From the NCBI GenBank assembly GCA_040754495.1, contig JBFMCO010000017.1, positions 1-31,273 of the forward strand: a stretch of DNA of 31,273 nucleotides, given 5' to 3'. The DNA is from Candidatus Micrarchaeota archaeon (lineage in GTDB: Archaea; Micrarchaeota; Micrarchaeia; Anstonellales; Bilamarchaeaceae). The notes under the pieces were generated by a model. That model was not told the origin of the DNA, made no database searches, and saw nothing but the letters and a program-made list of their open reading frames with translations. Of this stretch, positions 1 to 8,610 are shown one piece after another. The position numbers and the translations under genes are program-made. Positions within the stretch are counted from its first letter, which is position 1. Every line of letters starts with the position of its first letter.

Positions 1-382
1 TCACCCCGCCCTGGAGGACTATGACGTTTTCAGGCCCGGAGAGAATCATGTCGAACTGCCGCCCAATCCAGCCATCCACAAGCTGGCCGCCTTTCGTGAC
101 GTCTTTGACTTGGACTTCGCCGGCTGCTTCGCCGAGCCTTCCCGCCACGAGCCCGCTGTAGCCTGTCATTATCGAGTCCCCGATGACGACGATACGCGGG
201 GATTTCAGCGCCCTGGAGACATAATCTTCAAGCACGAGCGGCCTGGAATCGAGAGGCGTCGCATCCTGCACAATCCGCGGGATGGGGGTTTCAGGAATCC
301 TGTCAGGCTCCGGCTTCGCGCAATTAATGGAAGAGATTGCTGCCGCTGCCGCGAAAACGCGCTTGCAATAAGTCCGGGGCAT
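1..382 (-). CDS. SGNH/GDSL-family hydrolase with lipoprotein-like signal peptide (runs off the window start)
   Basis: Not in the ORF track. Manual translation from ATG 382: MPRTYCKRVFAAAAAISSINCAKPEP...RIVVIGDSIMTGYS (block I GDS) ...KGGQ (block II) ...VIVLQGGV[N] (block III GxN). Frame is open to position 1. AT-rich TATA-like tract at about 405-416. Confidence 0.8.
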   Translation of the reverse strand, partial: MPRTYCKRVFAAAAAISSINCAKPEPDRIPETPIPRIVQDATPLDSRPLVLEDYVSRALKSPRIVVIGDSIMTGYSGLVAGRLGEAAGEVQVKDVTKGGQLVDGWIGRQFDMILSGPENVIVLQGGV

Positions 383-420
383 GAAGGAGACTATCGCCAC
401 AACATTATTTAATTATACAC

Positions 421-1488
421 TTAATGGGCCTGCCTGCGCCTCTCGGGCTCGGGCTGCGGCGCGCGCCGTGGAACCGTCTGGGGCGGGCGGTACATCTGGG
501 AGATGTCCATGGGAGCAGGCGACAGGAGGCGGTAGAGCCCCTGGTAGGCCGCCGCATCCGGGCCGGCCCTCTGCCTGAAGGCGGCCTGCGAATTGAGGAG
601 CGTGGCCATGTCCATCTCCTCGGTCCGCCTGCTGCCGTCCGCCTGCGTTATCGTGACGCGCACGTTCGCATCGAGGAAGCGTATCCCGTGGCTGTAATCG
701 TGGTAAGTAACCTCGTGGATGTCGCTCAGCCCCTGGATGCCGCGGTGATATATGACGACGCGGGGCCCTTTTGCGGGGTCGGGAATCGCGCGGATGTCGT
801 AAACGACGTCTTTCTTGTGCCCTGAGCGGATGCCGGCCGGATCTCCGGCCGCAGTCCTCGCCTCCCTTATGAGGCGGTTCTGCTCGAGTGTGAATTCAGG
901 CGAAAGCATCCACCTGCCCTCGTAAAATCCGTATTTCTGGTTGTTCCATCTTGCCCCGGCCTCCCCTTCGATGGCCGGCCTCTCGGTCCTCGGGTTGATG
1001 ACCCCCCTGGCGAGCGTCGGGGCGCCGAAAAAGCCCAGGTATCCGCCGGTCCTTTTCGCCTCGTCGTCGAGCATGTCCACGACGCTCTGCGTGGGGAGCG
1101 CGAGCCCGAACTGGTCCGCGATGCGCTGTGCGGTGCGCGGATTTATCGGCACAAGCACGTAATCGTCGTTCCTCCCGATGGCAAGATAATCCGGGCACAC
1201 GCGTATAGTAGCCTCGACCGTCCTTCCCCCGATCGTCCTCTGGACGGTAATCTGCCGGTAGTTTTCAGGCCGCATGAAATCAGGCATGTTGCCGCGCCGC
1301 ACTTCCTGGAATATCATCTCCTCTGCCTGGGCTCTCCTGCGCTCGAGCTCCTGCCCGGAGAGGCCGTGCACCTCTCCCATAAGCGTCCGGAGTTGCTCCA
1401 TGAACGCCGAGCCTGTCGGTGCGTTCGTAGCGCGCGGTGGAATGATTAGACGGGTAACGCCTGTTCGTACCGGAGTGGGTTCTGCCAT
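421..1488 (-). CDS. Conserved hypothetical protein of a family I recall mainly from bacteria (PDYLAIG / LPT / GHKKDV / DYSHG motifs)
   Basis: 355-aa ORF with TATA-like ATTTAAG (1516-1510) about 22 nt upstream. Motifs: PDYLAIGRNDDYVLVPINPRTAQRIAD, GHKKDVV, YHDYSHGIRF. Confidence 0.8.
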   Translation of the reverse strand: MAEPTPVRTGVTRLIIPPRATNAPTGSAFMEQLRTLMGEVHGLSGQELERRRAQAEEMIFQEVRRGNMPDFMRPENYRQITVQRTIGGRTVEATIRVCPDYLAIGRNDDYVLVPINPRTAQRIADQFGLALPTQSVVDMLDDEAKRTGGYLGFFGAPTLARGVINPRTERPAIEGEAGARWNNQKYGFYEGRWMLSPEFTLEQNRLIREARTAAGDPAGIRSGHKKDVVYDIRAIPDPAKGPRVVIYHRGIQGLSDIHEVTYHDYSHGIRFLDANVRVTITQADGSRRTEEMDMATLLNSQAAFRQRAGPDAAAYQGLYRLLSPAPMDISQMYRPPQTVPRRAPQPEPERRRQAH

Positions 1489-1518
1489 GATAGAAATGAT
1501 GCGGGAAAACTTAAATTG

Positions 1519-2022
1519 CTATGGAAGCGGGGCGAAAGAGCCGGCTTCAAGGACGAACTCGACCTTGGAGGACTTGAGGGCGCTCCCCCTTCCCGGCATG
1601 AAGTCGATCATTACCGCGAGGTCTTCTCTTGTCAGAGGCGCAGGGATGACGCATTCTGGAACGTTCCTGCAGCCGGGGATTGCCGTCCACTCGCCGGAAG
1701 CCCCCGTTACGGCGGGGTGGAGGTAGTAGAATGTGACCTTCGGGTCAAGGATAATCCTCTCTAGGCTGTTGTCCGGCCCGATGACGCTGAGCCTCGCCTC
1801 GACGAGCGGCCCGTACTGCGAATACGAGAGAACGGTGGCCTTCAGGGGGGCGGCCTTCCGGGCAACAGGGATTTCGACCAGCGGGGAAGCGTCGGCTCCA
1901 TGGGGGATTGTTATGACGAGCGGCGATGCCGGCTTTTCAAGCGCCGTGACGCACGAAGACAAATTCGCTGCAAATACCGCGGCCGCGGCCGCCTTTTCCG
2001 CCCGGAAAGCGAGTGCTCTCAT
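1519..2022 (-). CDS. Hypothetical exported protein with lipobox-like signal
   Basis: Basic N-region, Ala-rich h-region, then LSSC. The beta-rich remainder has one further Cys. Confidence 0.7.
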   Translation of the reverse strand: MRALAFRAEKAAAAAVFAANLSSCVTALEKPASPLVITIPHGADASPLVEIPVARKAAPLKATVLSYSQYGPLVEARLSVIGPDNSLERIILDPKVTFYYLHPAVTGASGEWTAIPGCRNVPECVIPAPLTREDLAVMIDFMPGRGSALKSSKVEFVLEAGSFAPLP

Positions 2023-2039
2023 GTTTTCACCAAATGTGA

Positions 2040-2522
2040 TTAATGCCTTCTGTTCATCCCGCCCATTGGGACCGACACGATGCGCGCGTACGGGACTGAA
2101 AGGGTCTCCTCACGGTCCTGGCCCCACTCATTCGGCATGACAACTATCTGGCCCGAGCCTGTGAGCTGGTTTCCGCTCCTGGCCATGCCTTTGTAGAGCG
2201 TTTCCCACTCGGCCTCGAGCTTCGTCTTTACGACGTCAAGGAATTTCCTCGCGAATGAGGGCATTGAGCCGGCGTCGAGGCTCCTTTCGGTCCTTGCGCG
2301 GGCGTGCTCGCGGCCCTGCATGTTGACGTCGAAGCAGAGCGTCTCCTTATCGGCCGCCACTTCGAGGGATATCGACCTCTCGCTCGCGCCGATGCTGAGG
2401 ATTATCTTCCCGTCCCGTAGCCCTTCGACTGCAGGCTCGAGCTCCGCCCTCCACCTGACGACCATCGGCGTATTGAAAGTGCTTTTCCTTATAGTAGCAT
2501 GAGTCCTGTCTCTGTGTGCCAT
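2040..2522 (-). CDS. Hypothetical protein
   Basis: 160-aa ORF with typical codon usage and ATTTAAAT (2546-2553) 23 nt upstream. Confidence 0.7.
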   Translation of the reverse strand: MAHRDRTHATIRKSTFNTPMVVRWRAELEPAVEGLRDGKIILSIGASERSISLEVAADKETLCFDVNMQGREHARARTERSLDAGSMPSFARKFLDVVKTKLEAEWETLYKGMARSGNQLTGSGQIVVMPNEWGQDREETLSVPYARIVSVPMGGMNRRH

Positions 2523-2575
2523 GGTATGGATTAGTGGTATAAAATATTTAAATGTTCTCTTTTATCCTTTTTTTA

Positions 2576-2938
2576 TCACTTCTTTAGATGCTGTATCTCG
2601 ACAAGGCGCTCGCCCTCGGCTCCCTCCATGATTGCGCATATCCTCTCGCCGTGCGTCCCCACGTCCTGGAGCCGCGTGCCGTCAAGGTTCCTTGAGATGA
2701 AAAGATAGAGGTCCATCCTGCCCACCCCGGCCCGCAGGGAAACCGAGAACCTGACTGTCTCGGTAGGGCGCTCTCCGCCCATGGAGTCGCGGCAGAGCTG
2801 CCGCTCATAGGAGAATCCTTTCTCAAGCAGGGCGCTCAGCACCTGCGAATCCGCATGGGCGATGTAGTCCGGCTCGGGCTTCGTCACAAGGACTTTCAGG
2901 CTAGCGCTTCCACTGGCTGACGATGTCCGGGCCCGCAT
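2576..2938 (-). CDS. Hypothetical protein
   Basis: 120-aa ORF. Its TATA-like AATTTATAA overlaps the stop of the upstream gene, 22 nt before the ATG. Confidence 0.65.
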   Translation of the reverse strand: MRARTSSASGSASLKVLVTKPEPDYIAHADSQVLSALLEKGFSYERQLCRDSMGGERPTETVRFSVSLRAGVGRMDLYLFISRNLDGTRLQDVGTHGERICAIMEGAEGERLVEIQHLKK

Positions 2939-2960
2939 GAAGTGATATCGCAGGACGAGA

Positions 2961-3329
2961 TTATAAATTTTTGTAACCGGCCTCGGGGACGAACCTGCCG
3001 GCTTTCACGAAATGGACTTTCACGAGGCCGGCCTCTTCCGCGGCCTTCGCCATGGCGAGGAGCACGGGCCCGTCATTTATCGGGTCGTAGCCCGGGATGG
3101 GGCTTCCCTTCAGGTGCCTGCAGAAGAAATCCGCAAGTTTTGCCTCGGTTACCCCGTCTGCGAGCTCAAGATAGTGCCGGTCACGGCTCACATCGGAATA
3201 GCCGGAGGCCACGCCGAATCCCCCTGCGAGAAGGACGCGGACACGCGCAAGGTCGCGCGCTTCGGCGGCGCCGTTCCCATTGAAGCGCTTCCGCGTTTCA
3301 TCCTGCGGGGCACGTTTCTGCTTGAGCAT
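2961..3329 (-). CDS. Hypothetical protein (start revised to MLKQKR)
   Basis: The track gives 3404. ATG 3329 follows an A-rich TATA-like tract at the usual spacing. Confidence 0.6.
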   Translation of the reverse strand: MLKQKRAPQDETRKRFNGNGAAEARDLARVRVLLAGGFGVASGYSDVSRDRHYLELADGVTEAKLADFFCRHLKGSPIPGYDPINDGPVLLAMAKAAEEAGLVKVHFVKAGRFVPEAGYKNL

Positions 3330-3423
3330 GAATGGGATTGTCCATGGACGTGTTTTTATTTGTTGCAGAACGAGGGAGAAATACGATTGGCCGGTCCGCA
3401 ACATGTGGATGATTTTTCGCTGG

Positions 3424-3714
3424 TCACCTTCTCTTAGGGGACTTCTTTCCGGCTTTGGCCCTGGCTTTGGGTGCCGCTTTCTTCTTCGGGCGCCTCGTCT
3501 CGACAGGTGCCGACGCTGCGGCCTCTATCCTGCTTTTCTGCGTCGCCATGTGGAACCTGCTGTCCAGCTCCACCGCCACCTTCTCGTACTCCTCTGCGGA
3601 AACATGCTGCGTGGCTGCGTTCCCGCATCTGGAGCAGACGAAATGGCCTTCAGCTCGCTCGAGGGCCCTTGGCATCTTGCCACAACCGGCGCATATCTCG
3701 ATTGTGTCCTCCAT
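3424..3714 (-). CDS. Zn-ribbon protein with Lys/Ala-rich basic tail
   Basis: CAGC...CSRC (two CxxC), C-terminal KKKAAPKARAKAGKKSPKRR. TATAAAT 22 nt upstream. Confidence 0.8.
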   Translation of the reverse strand: MEDTIEICAGCGKMPRALERAEGHFVCSRCGNAATQHVSAEEYEKVAVELDSRFHMATQKSRIEAAASAPVETRRPKKKAAPKARAKAGKKSPKRR

Positions 3715-3744
3715 GAGTCCCCTTCGTGGCGATGGTATTTATAG

Positions 3745-5982
3745 TTATCTGACTCCGAGGAAGTCCGTGCCGAGCACGCGCGTGTTGATTATGCCGATCG
3801 ACTCGTGGAGCAGCCTTCCCTCAGAGGTCTCGTACGTGCCCATGTAGCCGTTCGGGCCGAAGAGCTGGGACTGGAATGTCGGCGCCTGTTTGTTCTGCCC
3901 GTAGAATCTTATGGCCTGGTCGAACGTCCCGGGCGGAGTCCGGTACTCGTTTCCGTAATCGAGCAGGGAAGTCCCCTCCGGGGGCTGGGCGATGGCCACG
4001 ACATGCGGGCCGTTCCGCGTGTTCACCGACGCGACTATCGTCGGTATCCCGTTCGAGCGCAGGAACTCGGCCATCAGGTGGTGGATGCCGGCGCAAACAG
4101 CTATGCCGTTTCGCAGCTCGTCCGGCAGCGGGTCGTTCGGACCGTGGCTGTTGTACCATCCGACGTAGCGCTGGATGTACGAGTACATCGTGTCAGTGTT
4201 GGCGCCGGATATCCTCTGCACCTCGGGGTCGAAGAACCGGGTGTTGTTGAGAGCCTCCCAGGCGTTGTTCGCGTACGCCACCTGCTGCAGGAACGCCCCG
4301 AGGAACCTTGCGGCCATGATTTTCTCGTTTGTGGACGCGCTGCCGTAGGTGCTGGAGAATTCCGCGAAGCTCGTGGACTCCATTATCCTGGACTTGGCCG
4401 CATTCACCTGCGCGTCGATTTCAGCATTGCCGGAGCGCCCGAAGCCGTATGGCCCGGGGTCGGCCTGCGTCGGGAAGGACGTTTCCGCGAACCTGACGCC
4501 GCCCGACTGCATATGCTCGTACCTGAACGTGTTCGTGGAGTTGATGTACCTTCCGCCGAAGACGAGATTCAGGCCCATGAACGCCATCGGGTCCCACCTG
4601 CCGCCGAGCGCGTCGTCCCAGCGGATGGCGCCGCCGCCAACCCAGATGTCCCCGGAGACGTTGTCGCTGAAGTTTATCGTCCTCGTGAGGCGGGCGCCGA
4701 CCCGCTGGTTGAGCACGCCCCAGTCGCCGAAGATGCGGGCCGTGTACTGGTCCTCGTAGAACCGGTACTGGGCGCCGAACTCGACGTCCTGGAACTGCGG
4801 CCTGTAGTTGCCGACGAACGCGGTCTTTATCGGGTCGTTGGCCGCGAAATAGAAATTCGGCATGACGTACAGCAGGAAGTTGTGGAACTCCGCCGACGCC
4901 CCGAAGGCCATGTTGAAGTATATGTCGTCCCAGGCAGGGTACGAGAGCGCGCCGCCGATTATCCCGCCGAGCCTGAGCCTGAAGTTGTCGCCAATCGGCT
5001 GGGAGTATCCGAGGCCGACCGAATGCGACGTGTAGAGGACCGAGGGCATGTTGCCGACGGCCGCGACGCTGCCGTAGTAGTTGAGGCGCAGCCTCCAGAC
5101 GCTCACGCCGGGCCGCAGGAGAAGCCGCGCGAACGGCGCCGGCTGCTCCCCGAACCACATGTTTCCCGCGTTGAAGACCGCGTCGAAAGGCCGGGCGTGG
5201 CTTCCGCGGTAGGTGTATCTTATCGCGCCCCATACGGACGAGCCGGCTTCGTTGGCGTAAACGTTGCCGCCTATGTCCCATGCGTTGTCCAGGCTTATCG
5301 GCCTCCTGCGGCCTGCCAGGTCGACGTTGTCCGGATAGGGGCACAGGGCGGGGTCCTGGTATCTCGCGGCATTCACGATGCCTGAATCGGCATCTAGGCT
5401 GCCGGAATTCGGGCCGGTGGTGGCGACCTCGCCTTCGGCCTGTATGCGGGGCTCCTCGCGCGGGCGGGAGCTTGCCGGGCGGTCAGTGTAGGCGAAGCTG
5501 AGGCGGGCAGTCCCTCCCTCGCCCTGCTGGACGGCAAAATCCCTGAAGCCGAGGCTGTCGATAACGCCGACGGCCCCGCTGCGCGTCCCATCATAATTTA
5601 CCCTGAAGGTCGCGCTCTCCTGCCTTCCCTGGGACGGGACCAGCGTAACGCTGAATTCCACTCCTCGGTCGTCCACCGCGGAAACGTTCACACCAGCGAT
5701 TGTGGCAGGGGACACCTGCTCGCCCATGACACGCTCGCTATTGAGAAGGGAGAGCACCTCCGTGCCCAGGGACACCTGCCCGCTGAAGGGGCGCATGCGC
5801 GGGCTGCGTTCCGCCGCCCCCGGGCCGGCCTCCTGGGCGTACGCGGTATTGTAAAGCAGCGACGCGCCCATGAAAAGCGCTGCGGCTGCGGCCGCAGACG
5901 CCGCCCTTGCCATTACTTTCCTTGAGAATGAGCCCTTTCCTTCTTCCTTCTTCGAGACGATATCCGAATGAGACAACCTCAA
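3745..5982 (-). CDS. Secreted protein: signal peptide, N-domain, putative beta-barrel, transglutaminase-like Cys protease domain
   Basis: Ala-rich signal ending AYA|Q. Residues ~233-476 have alternating hydrophobic/aromatic strands. C630 (IAVCAG), H660 (GPHVV) and D675 (LLDYG) fit the transglutaminase-like triad. TTG start with AGGTGG upstream; ATG 5913 is an alternative. Confidence 0.8.
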   Translation of the reverse strand: MRLSHSDIVSKKEEGKGSFSRKVMARAASAAAAAALFMGASLLYNTAYAQEAGPGAAERSPRMRPFSGQVSLGTEVLSLLNSERVMGEQVSPATIAGVNVSAVDDRGVEFSVTLVPSQGRQESATFRVNYDGTRSGAVGVIDSLGFRDFAVQQGEGGTARLSFAYTDRPASSRPREEPRIQAEGEVATTGPNSGSLDADSGIVNAARYQDPALCPYPDNVDLAGRRRPISLDNAWDIGGNVYANEAGSSVWGAIRYTYRGSHARPFDAVFNAGNMWFGEQPAPFARLLLRPGVSVWRLRLNYYGSVAAVGNMPSVLYTSHSVGLGYSQPIGDNFRLRLGGIIGGALSYPAWDDIYFNMAFGASAEFHNFLLYVMPNFYFAANDPIKTAFVGNYRPQFQDVEFGAQYRFYEDQYTARIFGDWGVLNQRVGARLTRTINFSDNVSGDIWVGGGAIRWDDALGGRWDPMAFMGLNLVFGGRYINSTNTFRYEHMQSGGVRFAETSFPTQADPGPYGFGRSGNAEIDAQVNAAKSRIMESTSFAEFSSTYGSASTNEKIMAARFLGAFLQQVAYANNAWEALNNTRFFDPEVQRISGANTDTMYSYIQRYVGWYNSHGPNDPLPDELRNGIAVCAGIHHLMAEFLRSNGIPTIVASVNTRNGPHVVAIAQPPEGTSLLDYGNEYRTPPGTFDQAIRFYGQNKQAPTFQSQLFGPNGYMGTYETSEGRLLHESIGIINTRVLGTDFLGVR

Positions 5983-6046
5983 GTTCCCACCTGGGGAGTA
6001 TTATAATAGAAGGATATTTAAGGTTGTATTTTATAGAAACGGGTGG

Positions 6047-6763
6047 CTAGGCCTTGCGGCGGGAGGGGCGGGTCTTGCGTTTCCCGGGTGAAACGCCGGG
6101 CGTTTCACTGGGGCGCAAGGAACGTTGCGACGTTCCTTCGCGTGCGGCTTTGAGCTTTGAGTTCAGGGAATAGCCGAAGGCGAGGTAGTCGCTGAGGAAG
6201 GCCGCCATGTTGGAAAGCTTCTCCTCCCTGGGCGGGCGCGGCCCTTTCTCGAACTCGAGGCGCACGCACAAATCCAGGATGCCGTCCCTGTTGCGGATGA
6301 AAAGGACGGGGTATTTCCTGTCGAATTCGGCGACATCGGCCTGGATGGGGGCGAACGCCTTGGCATCCCCGCCGACGCCGAGCACGCCGTTATCGTCCAG
6401 CCCTGCCTCGAACGACGCCTTCGCGCCGTTCTCGAAAGAAAGGAGGTAGTCCACGGGCACCGAATCCGGGGCCGAGCCGATTGTCGAGCTGAACCTCGCG
6501 CGCTCCCCCCTGTAAATCAGGACGAGAGTCCCGTAGGAGAGAAGCTCGGATTCCCACGATTCGAGCCCCCGGATGTTCCTGCACGCCGCCCGGAAGTCCG
6601 CGGCCCGGTCTTCCGAGGCCTTGAACAGCAGGGCGAATATGAAGAGGGAGAGGACCGTCAGGGCATAGCTGTTTATCCCGGGAAGGAATACGGAAAGCAG
6701 GATTGATGACAGGGCGAAAAGCCCGAGCAGCAGGTCGCTAAAGAAATACGGGAACATTCTCAT
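6047..6763 (-). CDS. Membrane-anchored hypothetical protein (2 N-terminal TM helices)
   Basis: Start revised to ATG 6763, which follows AGGAGTGA. Two hydrophobic segments are followed by a soluble domain. Confidence 0.7.
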   Translation of the reverse strand: MRMFPYFFSDLLLGLFALSSILLSVFLPGINSYALTVLSLFIFALLFKASEDRAADFRAACRNIRGLESWESELLSYGTLVLIYRGERARFSSTIGSAPDSVPVDYLLSFENGAKASFEAGLDDNGVLGVGGDAKAFAPIQADVAEFDRKYPVLFIRNRDGILDLCVRLEFEKGPRPPREEKLSNMAAFLSDYLAFGYSLNSKLKAAREGTSQRSLRPSETPGVSPGKRKTRPSRRKA

Positions 6764-6767
6764 GCCA

Positions 6768-6923
6768 TCACTCCTTCGCAAGGCCCTGCTTCACCATCTG
6801 CCTGAACATGGCAACCGGCACCACTACGGAAACGTTCGAGCCGCACTCCGGGCAGAGGAACTCCTCCTTCTGCTCCCTGGAGATCTTGCCGCAGTTTGCG
6901 CAAATCTCTACCGTGCCCTTCAG
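6768..6923 (-). CDS. Small Zn-ribbon protein (51 aa), paralog of 3424-3714, probable CTG start
   Basis: LKGTVEICANCGK...FLCPECGS aligns with MEDTIEICAGCGK...FVCSRCGN. GGTGGA lies just upstream of the CTG, and there is no in-frame ATG nearby. Confidence 0.7.
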   Translation of the reverse strand: MKGTVEICANCGKISREQKEEFLCPECGSNVSVVVPVAMFRQMVKQGLAKE

Positions 6924-6996
6924 GTTTCCACCCGGAATGAGTAGGGCGTCATGGTTTATATATCGATTGAGTCCAGCAAGAAAATGGTGATGATAT

Positions 6997-7302
6997 ATGG
7001 GAATAATATCCGAGTTCAGGCAGTTCCTTGAGGAGTATAAGGTCGTGGGACTTGCCGTGGCATTCATCATGGGCGCGGCCGTTACGGCCCTCGTCAATTC
7101 CCTCGTTAACAATATCGTGATGCCCTTCGTGGGGCTGGCGCTGCCGGGCGGCGACTGGCAGACCGCGGCCGTCGAAGTCGGCACGGCGAAAATAGGCGTC
7201 GGGGCTTTCCTTTCCGCGGCGCTTAACTTCACGATAATCGCGTTCGTGGTGTTCCTGATCGCGAAGCTAGTGCTGAAGGAGGAGAAAGTCCAGAAGAAAT
7301 AA
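6997..7302 (+). CDS. mscL: Large-conductance mechanosensitive channel
   Basis: EFRQFL...VVGLAVAFIMGAAVTALVNSLVNNIVMP and GAFLSAALNFTIIAFVVF match the MscL TM1/TM2 pattern. GGTGA SD. Confidence 0.93.
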   Translation: MGIISEFRQFLEEYKVVGLAVAFIMGAAVTALVNSLVNNIVMPFVGLALPGGDWQTAAVEVGTAKIGVGAFLSAALNFTIIAFVVFLIAKLVLKEEKVQKK

Positions 7303-7304
7303 GC

Positions 7305-8588
7305 CTACGCGTGGTGCTTGCCGCAGTGGACGAACTCGCATATCGCCCCTGCGTGCGAGAAGCCCCTTGACGATATCCGTTTCAGGGCGGCCTCGATTGT
7401 CTCCAGGCCGAGGTCCGCGTCTTCCTTTTCAACCACATACGGGGGAGCGAGCCTTATGCTCCTCGTGCCGCACCCGAGAATGAGGAGGCCGCGCTTGGCG
7501 CATTCTGCTATGAGGTTGTCTCTGACAGATTGCGTAGGCAGGTCGAAAGCGAGCATGAGGCCGAGGCCCCTCTGCCCGGAAACATCCAGCTCTTTCAGGC
7601 GCCCGAGCAGGTATTTCCCCATGCGCTCGTTCTTCGCGAGCAGATTCTCCTTCTTTATCACCTGGATGGTCCTCATGCCGAGGGCAAGGTCAAGCGTGTG
7701 CCCCCCGCCCCACGTGCTCGATATCGCGCCCGGCTCGTGCGGGAACATCTGGCTTCTTGAGACCACGGCGCCGACCTGGAGCGCCTTGGCCGAAGTGAAT
7801 ATGTCCGGGGTAATCCCGTAGTGCTCGAACGCCCACCATTTTCCCGTCCTCCCCATCCCGGCCTGGATTTCATCAGAGATATAAGGGATGCCGTTGTCCG
7901 CCGCGACCTTCCGGAGGCCCTCGACCATCTTCTTCGGCGCGATGTTGTAGCCCCCTTCGCCCTGGACGTGCTCGATGATTATGAATCCTATCTCTTCCGC
8001 GGAAGCCTCTGACCGGAGTATCCGCTCGAGGCGCTCGTCCGCGCCTTCGCTAAAGGGGAGCCTCAGCATCGGAAGGCGCATGTAGTTCTTCTTGTGCACG
8101 GAATTCGAGTTGGTGAGGGAGAGCGCGCCGAGCGTCCTCCCGTGCCATCCGTTCTGCATGGATATGCCGAATTTCGTTCCGGGCCGCTTGCGCATGCAGA
8201 TTTTAATCGCGTTCTCGACCGCCTCGGCCCCGGAGTTTATCAGGAACGCGCTGTCGAAGCCCCTTGGGGAGATGTCTGCGAGCTCCTCAATCATGCGGAG
8301 GTGCTCGGCGATTATGAAATCCTGCCCCGCATATTTCACAGGGAAGCGCCCGGCGTACTCCTTCACGGTCTCGAGCATCGCGGGATGGTTGTAGCCGAGG
8401 GGGTTGGACGCTATCTGGCTGGCGAAATCCAGGAACACGTTGCCGTCTATGTCCTCGCAGTACGGGCCCTGCCCCTTCCCGGAAAAAACAAGCGGATACG
8501 AGATTGACCAGCCGCCGTTCACCTTCTTTAGCTTCCTGAGGATTCGGAGGGACTTCGGGCCCGGGACGCCGCTGCGCAGGCGAATCAT
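7305..8588 (-). CDS. Class III PLP aminotransferase (GabT/ornithine/lysine-epsilon type; substrate unknown)
   Basis: NSGAEAVENAIK, WHGRT, EHVQGEGGY, SDEIQAGMGRTG, SAKALQVG (PLP lysine). Confidence 0.92.
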   Translation of the reverse strand: MIRLRSGVPGPKSLRILRKLKKVNGGWSISYPLVFSGKGQGPYCEDIDGNVFLDFASQIASNPLGYNHPAMLETVKEYAGRFPVKYAGQDFIIAEHLRMIEELADISPRGFDSAFLINSGAEAVENAIKICMRKRPGTKFGISMQNGWHGRTLGALSLTNSNSVHKKNYMRLPMLRLPFSEGADERLERILRSEASAEEIGFIIIEHVQGEGGYNIAPKKMVEGLRKVAADNGIPYISDEIQAGMGRTGKWWAFEHYGITPDIFTSAKALQVGAVVSRSQMFPHEPGAISSTWGGGHTLDLALGMRTIQVIKKENLLAKNERMGKYLLGRLKELDVSGQRGLGLMLAFDLPTQSVRDNLIAECAKRGLLILGCGTRSIRLAPPYVVEKEDADLGLETIEAALKRISSRGFSHAGAICEFVHCGKHHA

Positions 8589-8610
8589 GCGTGGCAGTAG
8601 CCCATGGAAA

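Noticed and set aside
3805-5385. 526-aa plus-strand ORF (likewise 20678-22234, 28434-29957, 15517-16416, 16423-17238)
   Set aside because: These are antisense shadows of well-supported minus-strand genes, with no motifs and the V/E/R/H-rich composition expected from high GC3 codon bias.
6924-7232. N-terminal extension of the 154-aa ORF 6768-7232
   Set aside because: It is antisense to mscL. Only the last 51 codons resemble a real Zn-ribbon protein.
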